DNA of 64,000 bases from Camelus ferus (Eukaryota), in assembly GCF_009834535.1 (NCBI RefSeq), contig NC_045697.1:22074001-22138000 (forward strand). The letters run 5' to 3'. Under the pieces are notes generated by a model. The model was not told where the DNA came from. It saw only the letters and a list, made by a program, of their open reading frames with translations, and ran no database searches. Made by a program: the position numbers and the translations under genes. Positions 23,541 to 36,063 of the stretch are shown here, one piece after another. Within the stretch, counting starts at the first letter, position 1; every line of letters starts with the position of its first letter.

Positions 23541-25439
23541 CCAGGAGATAATAATTAAAAGTAAATGATAATTTATATTCTTAATGATTCACAACAGCAT
23601 CATATTTTGAGGAAAATTACCTTAGAAAAACCTCATTAAAATAACCTGATGAAAGTGTACACACCTCTCTCTTTCCAACATAGCCATTATTTTCTCTGGT
23701 GACAAGACATTGACTCTTAAGTTAGGTCCCAGCCAAAGTAGTTGGCATACTTGTAGAATATGTTGTAGGAAGACTATGTGTTATTTGACCCTTGAATCAC
23801 ACTTGGCAGGAGAGACCCTCACATGCTGGGAGAAAGTTTGGAACTCAGATGACTGGGGAAGAGCAGATCAATCTCTATCATCTCACATTTGGGGGCATAG
23901 ATTCACGGAGTGGAAAATTGGACAACATTTTGTACACAGCCTGGTCTCCCTCTGTTTCTTTCCCTGAAGCTGTATATATTAAATTCCCATTTGTTAAGTG
24001 AACATGATCTCACCCCCCTCTTGCTTTTTAAAGCTCTGTTATTAGCTGATAATCTTGAGCTATTTCTGCTCAGTATCCTATGACTCCTTCCTGTTCCTCC
24101 TTTACCCTCATTGCTTTACTTGGTAAGATGAATGAAGCCGGTATTTCCATGGTAAAGTACTATATTAGGAAGTTTAATTTTATTCGTGTGTTAGTTATGA
24201 CGGTGGTTTGAAAAGTTTACTTTCACTTACTACCAACAGGTTTACTTTATTACCCAAGAATCCATAGGATTTCATTAAATTCCCTAAGCTTCTCCAAGAA
24301 ACTATTAGCATTATTATTATCATCGTTGTGACTTTAAGGTAATAGGTGCTTAGTCGTTTTGTGTAGCTAAAACTGAAACTGAGAAAAAACTGAGATCTGG
24401 TTGACCCCAAAGTCCACATAACTTTCTCTTGCACCCTCTGTCTCCCTTATCTGATGCAGACATTTATAACAGAGGCATTTTTAGGCTAGTGGCTATAACG
24501 TTAGACCAAATTTACACCAGTTTCTGACTTTTCTGTTCAGTTTTTCAGGTTGCATTTCTGTGAGATGAAGTGAATGAATATTGTGCTTAGACAGCTTTGC
24601 TGAGTAATCATTTGCTTTCCAGCCATGGCCATAAAAGGGAAACGGCTTCCACGAATAGTATCTTGGGCAAAAAAAAGAAGAAAAAAACAGTATTGTTCTT
24701 TTTGATGGATTTTTACTCCTTCTCTGAGGACCTTACATGGTAAATTGGAATAAGATAATAGTTTACAGAGAAATAGGGCTTGAAAAGAACAGACGAAGGC
24801 CTCCATCAGCTAATAAAGAAGTCTGCATGTGACTCTCACGTGATCGGGCAGCAAACCTGCGTTAGTGTTTGTTGTTATTGTTGCTTTTCCAGAACACAGA
24901 GCTAGACAGAAGGGGGGACAAGAAATACAACCCCACCCTTAAGTGTGAGTTAAAACTAAGATCCGTGGGGTAGGAACGGCAAATGTCTTTCCAGCACCCT
25001 CCCTTGCTGCTTATCTAGAGATTCTGTTTCCCTAGGGTGATGAGATCAAGTTATATGTCAGCCCAGGCTTCCTGTCCGCGTGCATAGATCAGAGCTCGCT
25101 GTGGCTTTCCAGAAACACAAACCACAGCTTGAGAATTCTTGCTGGTTTGACCTTGCTGTTCTCATTTGATTCAGTCATTCCATGTAGAGTTAGCCTCTTG
25201 TGTGTTAAGGTAGAGAAAAGTGGGGCTGGAGGTAAGGGGCTAGTTTAATATTTCCCAAAAGCTCCCTTCCAGGAAATTGTTTGATTTTTCAAGGATATAC
25301 TCCAAGCAGGGAGAAAATATGTGTGGTTAGTGATAGGCTTTGTGATCATCTAGGGCATTTGTCATACACTCCAGGGCACCTTATAATCAAATAATTATTG
25401 AACAAAAAGCAATGAAAATCGCCTCTTTTGAGATGGTCC

Positions 25440-25600
25440 GTGACCTCTGCAATAACTTTTACATTCATATATTCATGTTTTCCTCCTGTGTCTCAGCACC
25501 TAAGTTGGAAGCTTCTTGGGGGAAGGAAAGGCAAGCTTTTATACATCCGTGTATCCATCTGAGAGCCCAGCACAATGCTTTTCACTTGGCAGGAATCCAC
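25440..25600 (+). mobile_element. L2 3' end fragment
   Basis: ctgtgtctcagcacctaagttggaagcttcttgggggaagga...tgtatcc...agagcccagcacaatgct. Confidence 0.55.
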
Positions 25601-26174
25601 AGAAGACTTAGTCAGGGACATCTTAGATTTAAAAAAAAAAAAAAAAAAAGGCATTGCCACTTTCCTCGTAAGAAGTAAAGACAGACTGCACGGGATGATG
25701 TGGAGTCTGCCTGCTTTTCCCTGTCACATGTCTGGATCACCTGAGGGGAAAATGGCATTCATTTTTCATTCTGATTGTTGGGCGATTCAAAAGAGCTGTT
25801 TGGATTTTATCAGAGATGAAATGCTCATTTCGAGAAACTAACATATAGTTCCAGATTAGGATGCACTTAAAAATTGCATGATATTTTTAATATATGTTGA
25901 AATTTAGGTCTGTCAATCATGTTGGCATATGAGGATGTCACAAAACCTCTCCCTAAAAGAGGCTCAAATTTGAAGCCATATTAGTTATTATTAATCGTTA
26001 TTATCCATCATTACACATCTTGTAAAATCCATCATTTTCACTACTTTTCAGTAGTGCTGTCAGAAATGTATTCTGACAGAAATAAAAATTCATGCACTAC
26101 TAACTAGGACTTCAGTTAATGATACCAACTGTCATGAATATTCACTTTTTAAAGATACCATTTCTGGCGAAATT

Positions 26175-26340
26175 CCTGTATGCCAGGCATGGTGCTAAGT
26201 GTTTTACATACATCACCTCGTTTAATCCCTATTATAATGCTATTTTAGAGATGAAGAAATGGTGATTTAGGTTCATTTGCATGTTAGGATCATACAAAAT
26301 GGTGCCGCTTGCAAAACTCCAATTTTAAACATTGCACTGT
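26175..26340 (-). mobile_element. MIR SINE
   Basis: tgtatgccaggcatggtgctaagtgttttacatacatcacctcgtttaatcc...attttagagatgaagaaat. Confidence 0.75.
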
Positions 26341-26985
26341 TGACTGAAATTCCTTGCTGAATTGTCTCTGCCTTTTCCTGAACACTTGGGAACAAGCATT
26401 GTATATTTTCTGATCTAGCTACTTGACAAGGAAACTTCAATGCCTTCCATTTTATGATGCTTCTTTAAAGACTAATTTTTGTGTAACAGCAATTCCAAGT
26501 GCTTATTTTTTTTCCCCTATTCTTTTGCTCCTTGTGTGCATTTAAACCATATAACTAAATGATAAACCCCTGATGGAAAAAAGGAAAATCTGTGTTTATG
26601 TAAGTGTGACTGATGAAAGCCAGGATCTAGAGTTGGAAATTCTTGATCCCTAGCATAGACCTGTTGTTTTAGAATCCAAGAAAACAAAAGCAATTTGTTC
26701 TTTTACTCAAGAGCACATCCAATGCAAAGCTGTCAAACCCAAAAGTGTTACAATGCATCTGTAGCACCATATGTTGACAGATGTTTCTGTCTGTAACTCT
26801 GGCTTTCTGCTGTACAGTGTGAGTTCCACTCAAAGACTTTTTTACTTTACTTTTTGAGGCTTTATCCGCAAAAATAGTTCACCCGTATGGAAAAGAATTA
26901 GCAAAATGGAAAAGAGTGAATTAAAAATATACAAAATCTAAAGGAAGCCAAGGATGTTACCAACCTTTTTTTTTTTTCCCCTCAG

Positions 26986-27117
26986 CTAGTGATAGAGAAC
27001 AAAGTGATAATTTTGGATTCCTTCTGTCAGATTGCACAGAAATATTACAAGGGAGAGCACCAGTTCCAAGATGGTAGCCTTGCCACTGATGGTGGAGCAG
27101 CATGCCGCCCCAAGAAG
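26986..27117 (+). other. Candidate 132-nt internal exon (phase 0-0, stop-free) of an unidentified transcript
   Basis: T12-cccctcAG acceptor, AAG|GTAAAC donor, open frame LVIENKVIILDSFCQIAQKYYKGEHQFQDGSLATDGGAACRPKK; no homology recognised. Confidence 0.3.
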
Positions 27118-27989
27118 GTAAACCTCCAGTCTCATTAGGCCTTACTGTAAAAAAGAAGTTTGCATTCAGAGGCAAGGGAAACACTGACAAAAATCAATTA
27201 ATAAATTGCAGTTTTGCCTATGCAAATTCAGAAAATAATCAAATTGACTTAATTAAAAAAAAAAAGAAAGGAAAAACATAAGTCTCATTTGGAAAATTTT
27301 ACATCTAATAGCTCATCCTCCTTTACTTGGGGCGGGTAACTGTTCTTCCTAGTCGTAGATAACCTCTATGGAGTTGCAGGTTTCAAGACTCTTCTTTGAC
27401 AGACACTGTTCTCTAAGTGTGCTATCCCATCTAGGAAGTGCAAAAATAGCACCAGTTGATTTCCCTGTTGCACCCACGGAAAGATCTCATTTTGGCATCA
27501 CTCGGAAGCCATTGTTTGCAGGAGGGAGTGTTGTGTGTGACTCATGGGTCCTCACCTTTTGTCTCACACTTTGCTTTGAGCACAATCCTGTCCATGCATC
27601 ACGTTGATCTTAGGGCTGCTTTTTTTAAAATTTTAATCTAAAATGTCCCTGACTAAGTCTTACCACTAGATTTTTTACTTCTTGGTACATGTAAACATCT
27701 TCTATGACCAAAATTCTGAGTTTACACCTTTTTGGTTCACCATGTAGCAGCAGTTTGGATGTTCTCTTGCCCCATATTTTATTTGGCTCCTCTGTAGACT
27801 TTGTGCTGATGGCAAATGTTGCTTGACCTTTGGTTGATACGCCTGTAAACTGTACATTGATGAGGTCCTTCTCCATTTGGTTTTAAAAATATTTACAGGG
27901 AAATCATAATGTAACACCCATGAGGATTTCAAGTTCTGGAGAGTAACTAGATTTTGTGTTTAATATTTAATATAGTTGATGTCATGTTA

Positions 27990-28387
27990 ACTGATTTAAC
28001 ATAAAAACATTTCCAGGGCTTAACCTAATGGAATATTCCTTCTCACTAACATGAAGGTCAGTTGGCAGTAGGTAGAGTTTTATTCCATGCAGACTCCCAG
28101 GGCCTGAGTGCCTTTCATCTTGTGGCTCCACCATCCCTAGGGCTTTTAAGCCATTTACTAGACCCTCTGCATCCAGCCCAAAAAATGCAGACAGCTTCCT
28201 TAGTCACTTGGGACATTATGTTTCTACTGGTATTCAGTTGGTGAGTGGGAGTCTCCTGGCCCTGACTAAAGCCAGTGGGGTTGGGAAATGTTGTCCCTGG
28301 CTGAATGGATACCTCCCAATTATAACTCTACTGAAAAAAAAAAAAAAAAAACAGATTGTTGGTGGTCAGCTGGTTACCTGTGATACA
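27990..28387 (-). mobile_element. MLT1I/J-type LTR
   Basis: ttccatgcagactcccaggg...tttcatcttgtggctccaccatccc...gggaaatgttgtccctggctg...ttggtggtcagctgg. Confidence 0.65.
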
Positions 28388-28442
28388 CTATTCAAAATAA
28401 GTACTTTAGTGCTGTCCTATGTCTCTGCTTACCCTAAAGAGC

Positions 28443-28888
28443 GTGGTAATGTCTAGGACAGCCGTAATGAAGTTCCGCAGAGTGACTGCTCAAAGCCACA
28501 GAAACTTATTTCCTCACAGTTCTGGAGGCTGTAAGTCTGGAATCCGGTGTCAGCAGGGCCCTGATCCCTCTGCGACTCTGCGTAGAATCTTGCCTTGGTT
28601 CTTTTCAGTTTCTGGTGGGGGCCCCGATCCTTGTCATCCTTTGGCTACATTTGTCCAGTCAATCCATCCATCATCACATGACATCCTCTTTCTGTGTCTC
28701 AGTCTCGCCTGGCGTTTCCCTCTTCTTATGAGGACAGCAGTCAAATTGGATCAGGGTGCACACTAACAACCTCATCTTACCCTGATCCCTCTGCACAGAC
28801 TCTGTCTTCCAAACAATGTCACATTCTTGGGCATCAGGGATTAGAACTTCAAACTATCTTCTTGGGGGAAGCAATTCAACCTATAACA
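28443..28888 (-). mobile_element. MLT1B/C solo LTR
   Basis: cagaaacttatttcctcacagttctggaggctgtaagtc...cttcttatgaggacagcagtcaaattggatcaggg...acctcatctta...gcaattcaacctataaca. Confidence 0.85.
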
Positions 28889-29029
28889 GAATTTTGAGCT
28901 CCTTTGGTTTTTAAAAAAATATCTTTAGCAATTTTTGCCTATTTATAAATTAAATACAAAGGATGGCAACTATGATCGTAACACGGTTCTTTGAACCCGG
29001 CCACGATCTCAGATAGAGGCATCCTAGAC

Positions 29030-29252
29030 CAGGGGTCAGCAAAGACTTTTTGTAAAGGCCCAGATATTCCCTTCTGCTTTGTGGGCCATTTAGTCTCAGT
29101 CACGGTGACTCCACTCTGTCACTATAGCAGAAAAGCAGTCATGGTCAGTAGTGAATGAATGAGCAGGGGCCTGTAAGTTCCAACACAACTTTATTTACAA
29201 AAACTGGTGGCGGGCTGGATTTTGCCGGTGGGCAGTAGTTTTCAGACCGCTG
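29030..29252 (+). mobile_element. MER58A (hAT-Charlie MITE)
   Basis: caggggtcagcaaa...tgtaaaggcccagata...aactttatttacaaaaactggtggcgggctggatttt...gtagtttt...gaccgctg; degenerate TSD tcctagac/tgctaggc. Confidence 0.85.
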
Positions 29253-29481
29253 TGCTAGGCTGTAGTCCGTCATCATCTGGATGTGAACGTTACGAAATGA
29301 AGCCCATCTCTGGATTCAGACACACATACATTCAAATTCCAGCCATCACTGAGTAGCAGTGACCTTGAACAGCTTCACCTTGCTTAAGTGCTAGTCCCTC
29401 ATCAACAGAATTTACATTTCACGTAAATCATCCACACGGTGGATGGCAGATGTAGCTGTCTCTGCAGGTCTTTTTGCAGAG

Positions 29482-29712
29482 ACAGCATAACAGACTGGGT
29501 ATAAGCAAGAACTCTGAAGCCAGACTGCCCCTTCAGAGTGTTTGATCTTGGATAAACTCCTTCGTATCACCAGGCTTCATTTTTCTCATCATTAAAATAG
29601 ATGCAATGATAATGTCCACATTTTAGCCTGCTCATGAAGATTCAGTGAGTTAATACATGTAAAGTAATTAGACCAGTGCCTGGCACTTAATAAGCACTCA
29701 GTAAACGTTGTC
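29482..29712 (+). mobile_element. MIR SINE
   Basis: actctgaagccagactgcc...tttttctcatc...gaagattcagtgagttaatacatgtaaag...cagtgcctggcacttaataagcactcagtaaacgtt. Confidence 0.85.
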
Positions 29713-32508
29713 CACTCATATTGGGCTTCATGGTTACAATTGGCATCTCTTGTTACTCAGCAATGGGATGTATTATTGAATTTTATTTTTGCTGAATTTA
29801 AGTCAAGGAGTGAACTGTATGAATACATGATGATTATTCAAGCCTAAGTAATTTCTTTTTCTAATTTATCAGTTATATTAGGGTGAAGGAATGGTTTCTC
29901 TTCTATTCTCTACACAATTTCTGCTCAACAAGGGAGGCTAAAAGCATCAGACTGTTAAGGCAACCACTCTGTCCTCCAGACAGACTATGCCTGAAGTTTC
30001 TCATGCATGCTGCAATTGGCATTTAAAGGAAAATGGAATTCAATAAATGGAATTTTGCTTTAGAGCCAACTTTGGTATAAAACACGTATCCATTACACCT
30101 GAGGGTTCGAATGCTATTTTAAAATCCTTCCAATTAAAATAAATACATGAAATTTGATAACATTTTGCTAATGTGTAGTTGAGAAATTTTTTTAGATATA
30201 GATATATTTTCCTTGGTTAGTTTAAATTAATGATTTTCAGAAACTTGCCTTGTTCTATTGGAAACAAATAAGGATGAAGACTTTTTAGAAGAAATAGAGT
30301 AGTAATATAGAATTAGAATTAGAGTAGTAAAATAGCTAATTACAAATTAAACACCTAAATTTTGTTGTTAGTAACTTCAAATGTAAATTTAATTTAGACA
30401 TATGTATCTCTAAATAATAAGAACTACTTGCAGAGAAGCAATTATGAGGATTAGCTAGTTTCTCTCTTTCCTTAAAGAAAAATGAAATATGGGTCACATT
30501 GGTTGTTTTGCAATATATTCATGGGGTCATGAGGTTCAGCTTTAAAGTGATATTTTTATTTCTATATGTTGAGTATGTTATGCGATATGCTGCCCTGTTC
30601 ATATAAATGTCACCTTGACACTGGCTTCAATAAATTCAAATCTGTAGAAATACACTCTTGTGTTTTTGTTATTTATTTAGAGACTTTTTTTTTAATTTTA
30701 AAGAATAAAAGTTTGAATCACTTTAATAGTATTTGAAAGCTGTCTATAATCTAATGGCTCAGAAAGTTCATAGTTGTTTCAGTTGGACTATGGGAGCTAA
30801 GACTTCAACCTAAGATTTGGGGGAGACAGTTCCATTCATAAGATTCTTTAGAGAAAGACTGGAGAGTCTAAGTGACTAGCCTAAGCTTCTGCATTCTGTT
30901 TGTGGCAGGATCAGAGTAACAGTTCTAATTTCTTTTACACTTTCCAGAGTGTTCTATCGCTCTTCCCTAGATTAATGTGTAAGTCTATTCTACACAAATA
31001 GACTGCAGGTTTCTCAGCACTGGCCTCACTTAGACTCCCTCTGAATTTATGGGGAAGTGATTGAAGTTCACCTGAATCTATACGTGCTTTGGTTCTTATC
31101 TTAAGGTTTTTAGTTAAGGGAGGATCAGTTAATTCAATTTTCTATGTATCTTCGAGACATAGTTACCATCTATTTATTTGGCAGAGATTTATTAAGAAGC
31201 CTTGTAGTCCTGCGGCTACCCAGACGTGGGCTGTTAATTTCCACAGGGCTTGTGAGTGTTCTCTTCTGTCCTGTGAGGGAGGGGAAATTAGTGTCACTGA
31301 GTTTTCAGGTGTATGCTGTTCAACAGTTACGGAAGTTGTTTCTGAGGTTGTATTGTTCTCCAAGGAACAAATGGGGCTCCTAACCAAGTACGTCCGTAAC
31401 ATTCATGAGTGCTGATGACACGTGTTGCCATGATGTCTGCGAAGAATGTCAGTTCCTGGAAATTTCAGTTCCCTTCCCTCCACTTCATCCTGGGCCACTC
31501 ACGAGTTCATCAGCCAGTGAAGGTAACAGATTGCAATATGCATTAACATCAACCTCTAATGTTAATATTCTTACCTTTTTTTCACCTAAGAAATAGGAAA
31601 GTGCATCAGAATGGAAATTATTTATAGGCGAAGTTGCAGGAAACATATGCCAAGCCTGTAATATATTAAATTTATATTTATTTTGGGCTTAATGTGCATA
31701 GGATGTGAGAAGTTAAAACAACTGTTCTTATCATTACTTTTTTGCATTTAAGATCCAAAAATGTTTTAAAGTAGAGACTGTGCGGATGATAGTGTAGATA
31801 CACCCACTATGCTTAATGCATTCAGAAGGCTACTTTGTTATAACACCGTATATGGGTATTATAATATTGCATGCACATTTGGAGGCACATTTGTTAAGAA
31901 CTTTAGTTTAAAATTAAAATTTAGTTTAGACCCCACAGAGCAGGCATTTACTTGAGAAACAAGCCGTGAGTCATTTACCTATGGCATATATTGTGTAATA
32001 TATTCTGCACCAGCCCTGACAGAAGTTAACACTTTCTTGTTTTCTACTTTTTCCTTTCCATGAAAAGCCTCCTTAGGGAGACTTTTGAGAGGTATTATGA
32101 AAATTTTAAGAAGTATTTTGTGAGAATAGTAGTGACTATTAGACAGAAAAAAGACCACTTAGGATGCAAGGACAAAGTGAGCCTGGGACATGTCGTTTCT
32201 TTGAGAAGGTGACAGAAATAAAGGACCCCCAAAAAAGCTTGACAGGTTAGGACTGAGCCAAAGAAGTTGGGCCAATGTGTGGAGAGCTCATGCCTGTTAG
32301 CGGGAACAAGAACTCTCTATCTGGTGTCAAAATCAGAAAATAATTAGGGAAGAAATGTGAAAAGTGTCAGGAAGTGGTGAGAGTCTTATAAAAAGGAAAT
32401 TACTCTGGCACCTCATTGTGTATTGATTAGTCAGCGATGAGGGGTAAAAAGAGGAAGTTGTAGCTGTCGGAGAAAGACATGCCTAAAGCAACAAAGCTTG
32501 TGTGCAAT

Positions 32509-32640
32509 TAAAATAATAAAATAAAAAAATAAAATAAAATAAAATAAAATAAAATAAAATAAAATAAAATAAAATAAATAAAATAAATAAAATAAAATAA
32601 AATAAAATAAATAAAATAAAATAAAATAAATAAAAAAAAT
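32509..32640. repeat. (AAAAT)n/(AAAT)n simple repeat, ~130 bp
   Basis: Seen directly. Confidence 0.95.
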
Positions 32641-34604
32641 AAGTCTTGACCTGGAGGAACCTAGGCCCTCTGCCTTCATCAGAGCTTCCTCTCTCCCCAC
32701 CCTCTATCTCCCACACATAATTTACATCCCTGACATACTGCTTTCAGCTCTCTCCTGTTATCTTTTTCATCATCTGTTTCTCCTAAGATTTTGTTCTCCG
32801 TATTTTCATGCCACTTGCTACATGGTATTCGGTGGAGAATTCAGTACATACAGCTTTAGGCCAAAATCTCTGTTCTTAGACAATTTACATTGGAATCAAT
32901 CGCTAGAGATGGAAAGGTGTCACTGCTGATTCTCTTTTGGATATTAAAATTTGGTTGGTAAGATAAGTAAAAGTTTTGGGGACAATTATTTGTTTTTTTT
33001 TTTTAATTTTTTTGTAATGGGTCAGTCTAAATTTCCCATGGTGCCTTCATTTATTTTATTCATTTTTCTGATAAGACAAATAACCCAGTATGAAAAAAAT
33101 GTGGGTGGGAGATACTTACAAGTATGTTTGTATCAAAAGAAGAGGGTGAGGAAGAGCAGCAAGTGTTCCACTGATGCAGCGGTTGGGACATAGGATCAAC
33201 TGTTGTGACCTAAGTTTGTTTATGTTACACTGGCTTAAACAAAAGTAGCATGTTTCATGTCTTGCTCACGTTAAAACCCATCGTACCGGTACAGTGGCTG
33301 GGCTCCACGGTGTTAGGTATAGGCTCCTGTGGTTTCATGCCTCACCACCCTGTCTGGGTTGCGGTGACTCTCTATGACGTCTGTAAGAAAGTAAAAAGGC
33401 GAGGGAAGTCGCCTCTGGTCCTTCATAAGCATGATCTAATTTGTATGTATCACTTTTGTGTGCATGCTGCTGCCCATAAATTAATCAAATGATCTTACCT
33501 ACCTGCAAGGTGGCTTGGGAAGATAGGGTTCGTGTGATGGTTAAGAGAAGGCTGGAATGGATACTGATGGCCAGCCAGTAGCCCTGGGCAAAACTAAGCT
33601 TTCGGACAGTGTGACAGAACAAGATGGAAGGAATCTGAGCATCCAAGTGATCACCTGAAGCAGAGCTATACTGCCAGCCCGGATCACTCACCTCTAGAAC
33701 TTGATATAAAATGAATAGATTTCTTATATTTTAAGCTATTCTGCTTGTTTTGTTTTGGTTTTTGGTCTCTCTGTTTCAGCTGCCTATCTACCAGTCTCTT
33801 AACTAATATAGCTAGATGGGGAAAAATATCAAAAGTAGATCTTTTAACAATATTTAGTAACATATATATATTGTGTATATGTATATGATAATTAGGAAAT
33901 AGTGCAGAATTATAGCAGCTGAACTTGAAGGGAGATGGAAGTTTCTCTGCAAATTTCCAGTTAATATAAAAGGACTCCTTTTTATTCTTGTTCCCTCCCA
34001 CCTCTCTTCTTCCTTTTCCTGTTGTTTTGGTTCTTCCTATTTATTCCTTCAATAAATGACTTGAAACAATGATCTGACCCTGATTTTAGACATAAAAACG
34101 CCAAGAGTGATTATTAAGGATTATCTAAGTGAATGTCCATTAAAAGGAAAGTCTTTATATGAGAGAATTTAAAATTTTAGAACTGTGGTTATATGTTATT
34201 TTATTGTATTTTTGAAAAATTTCATCCTCGAGCTTTTGAATTCTGACCACTTATGTGACAATATCTTGAGAGATTATAAATTTGCCTTTAAGGTTCGGGT
34301 CTATGTGTACTAAGCATAATTGTGCTATCATGGAGATGTACTTCTTGCATTTAATTCTTATTTGGATTATAGTGCCTGCCAGAGACCCTGACCACTGAAC
34401 AATACAGCAATTATTGCTATGATAAAATGCAATATTGAGTAGATTATATCATAGTTAACTTTGCATATTTGTAAGCCTATCACCTGCAGAAGCTGACATT
34501 GTACTAAAGCTGTTTTTCAACAAGATAAATAGAAAATGGAAATTCTGAGAACATCCCCTTTCCCTGGAGTTTTCCTTAAAAATCAAAATTCTCTGCTTAC
34601 TCCT

Positions 34605-34790
34605 ATTTAATGACATTTTGGGGATTATAGACTTTTTTGAGAATTTGAAAAAAGCTAGGATCCTTTCTCTGGGAAAAAATATACCTAGACATATGTTTCT
34701 GAAATATTTCTCCTATGACTTCCATGGTTATCAGATTCTCTGAAGCCCATTAATAGTTTTCATTTCAGAAACTAATGACTGGAACCCCTA
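34605..34790 (+). mobile_element. Degenerate hAT-Charlie MITE (Charlie4z-like, family uncertain)
   Basis: ttttggggattatagac...tttgagaatttga...aagctaggatcctttctc...ctctgaagcccat...ggaaccccta. Confidence 0.5.
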
Positions 34791-35469
34791 CTCTTAATAT
34801 ATTAGATTGACTTGTGGAATACTTAATGGAATGTCCTTAAGCATATGGTTTAGGATGAATTCTTAACTCCATGGCAAAATGTAATACCTAGGAACAGTTG
34901 ACGAAAGCTAAGAGTTTTAACTAACTGCGGTAACATAGCCAATGGAAAAAAAGGTGGCATGTATTGTTTCCTGGGAGGGTCTCTAAGGTGTAAGTTGTCA
35001 TCATCCATAATCCACAGAAAAACACAAATACCCATGAAAAAGAAAACAAATTCCACTTTTAAGTTTTCTATAGAAAGTTTATTTGCAAAAGACTTTTCAT
35101 ACAAATAGCTTAATTAAAATAGTCTCAATAACCAGACCTTCATGCAGGTTTAAAGCAATATGTAGAATGTGTGTAACTGTTATAGGACACAGCGAGGTTA
35201 TAGCTGTGATTCACAGAAAAACAGAGAAATCAGTATTAGCATTGCTCAATAGAAACACCTCTGCCGTGAGTTTCTAATAGAGTTCTTTATCCACTGAGGT
35301 ATCATCTGCTTTGTGTCATACAACTTGAAGCAAACAAAACAAAACAAACACAGGAACAGGAGTTCTCCTATCTCCTAAGCAGTTTATTTCTATATTTTTC
35401 TTTTTGTCCTACTTATTTCTTTAAGTTAACTGAAGCCTCATATGCCAACCACTCTTTTAGTCAAGATAC

Positions 35470-36063
35470 AAGCAAATGGTTTTCAAGGGACAGAAAGTAA
35501 TGTAGAGTTATGATGATCAGAAGAGGAGGAAGTGAATTAGTGTAAAACAAACAGTGAGGGTACAAAATTGAATTGATTGGCAAACTCACCTGGAAGGCCC
35601 GAGGCATTGTCTTTGCAGTTATGGCTGGATCTGGGGACTCAAACAATGACATCAAGATTCGGTTGCTTTTTTGTTCTCCTTGCTATCTTCTGTGCTGGCC
35701 TCACTGCCCCTCTTCCATGCTGGTCTGTCTCTATAAACTCAGATTTATACCTTCTCAACGCCAAGACCATCAGATTAGCTCTCATTCAACAAACTCAGAT
35801 CACATGACTTCTCCAAATCATTTTCTTGGAGCAGGTCAGTATGGATAAACAGGACATTTTCTCAAACTAGACCAATTGCAGTGGCAAGGTGGATGGGAAA
35901 AAAGATTGGCCAGATCCTGTTACCCATCCTGGAGTTGTTGGTAGGATCAGCGTAGCCTCACCACAGGTTCAGGAAGTAGGAAAGGAGTGATTTCTCTTGG
36001 TAACTATGTACCAGAAGAAGAAAGATGGGTGTGTGGCAAGTCAGAAGAACAGCTGTCCACACA
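35470..36063 (-). mobile_element. MLT1K-like LTR
   Basis: tggctggatctggggactcaaacaatgacatcaag...gaccaattgcagtggcaagg...gattggccag...ccagaagaag...cagctgtccacaca. Confidence 0.7.

Noticed and set aside
28419..28897. 115-aa and 67-aa ORFs
   Set aside because: Almost entirely inside an MLT1B/C LTR
32431..32716. ORFs rich in F/I/L/Y on the minus strand
   Set aside because: Translation of the (TTTTA)n simple repeat
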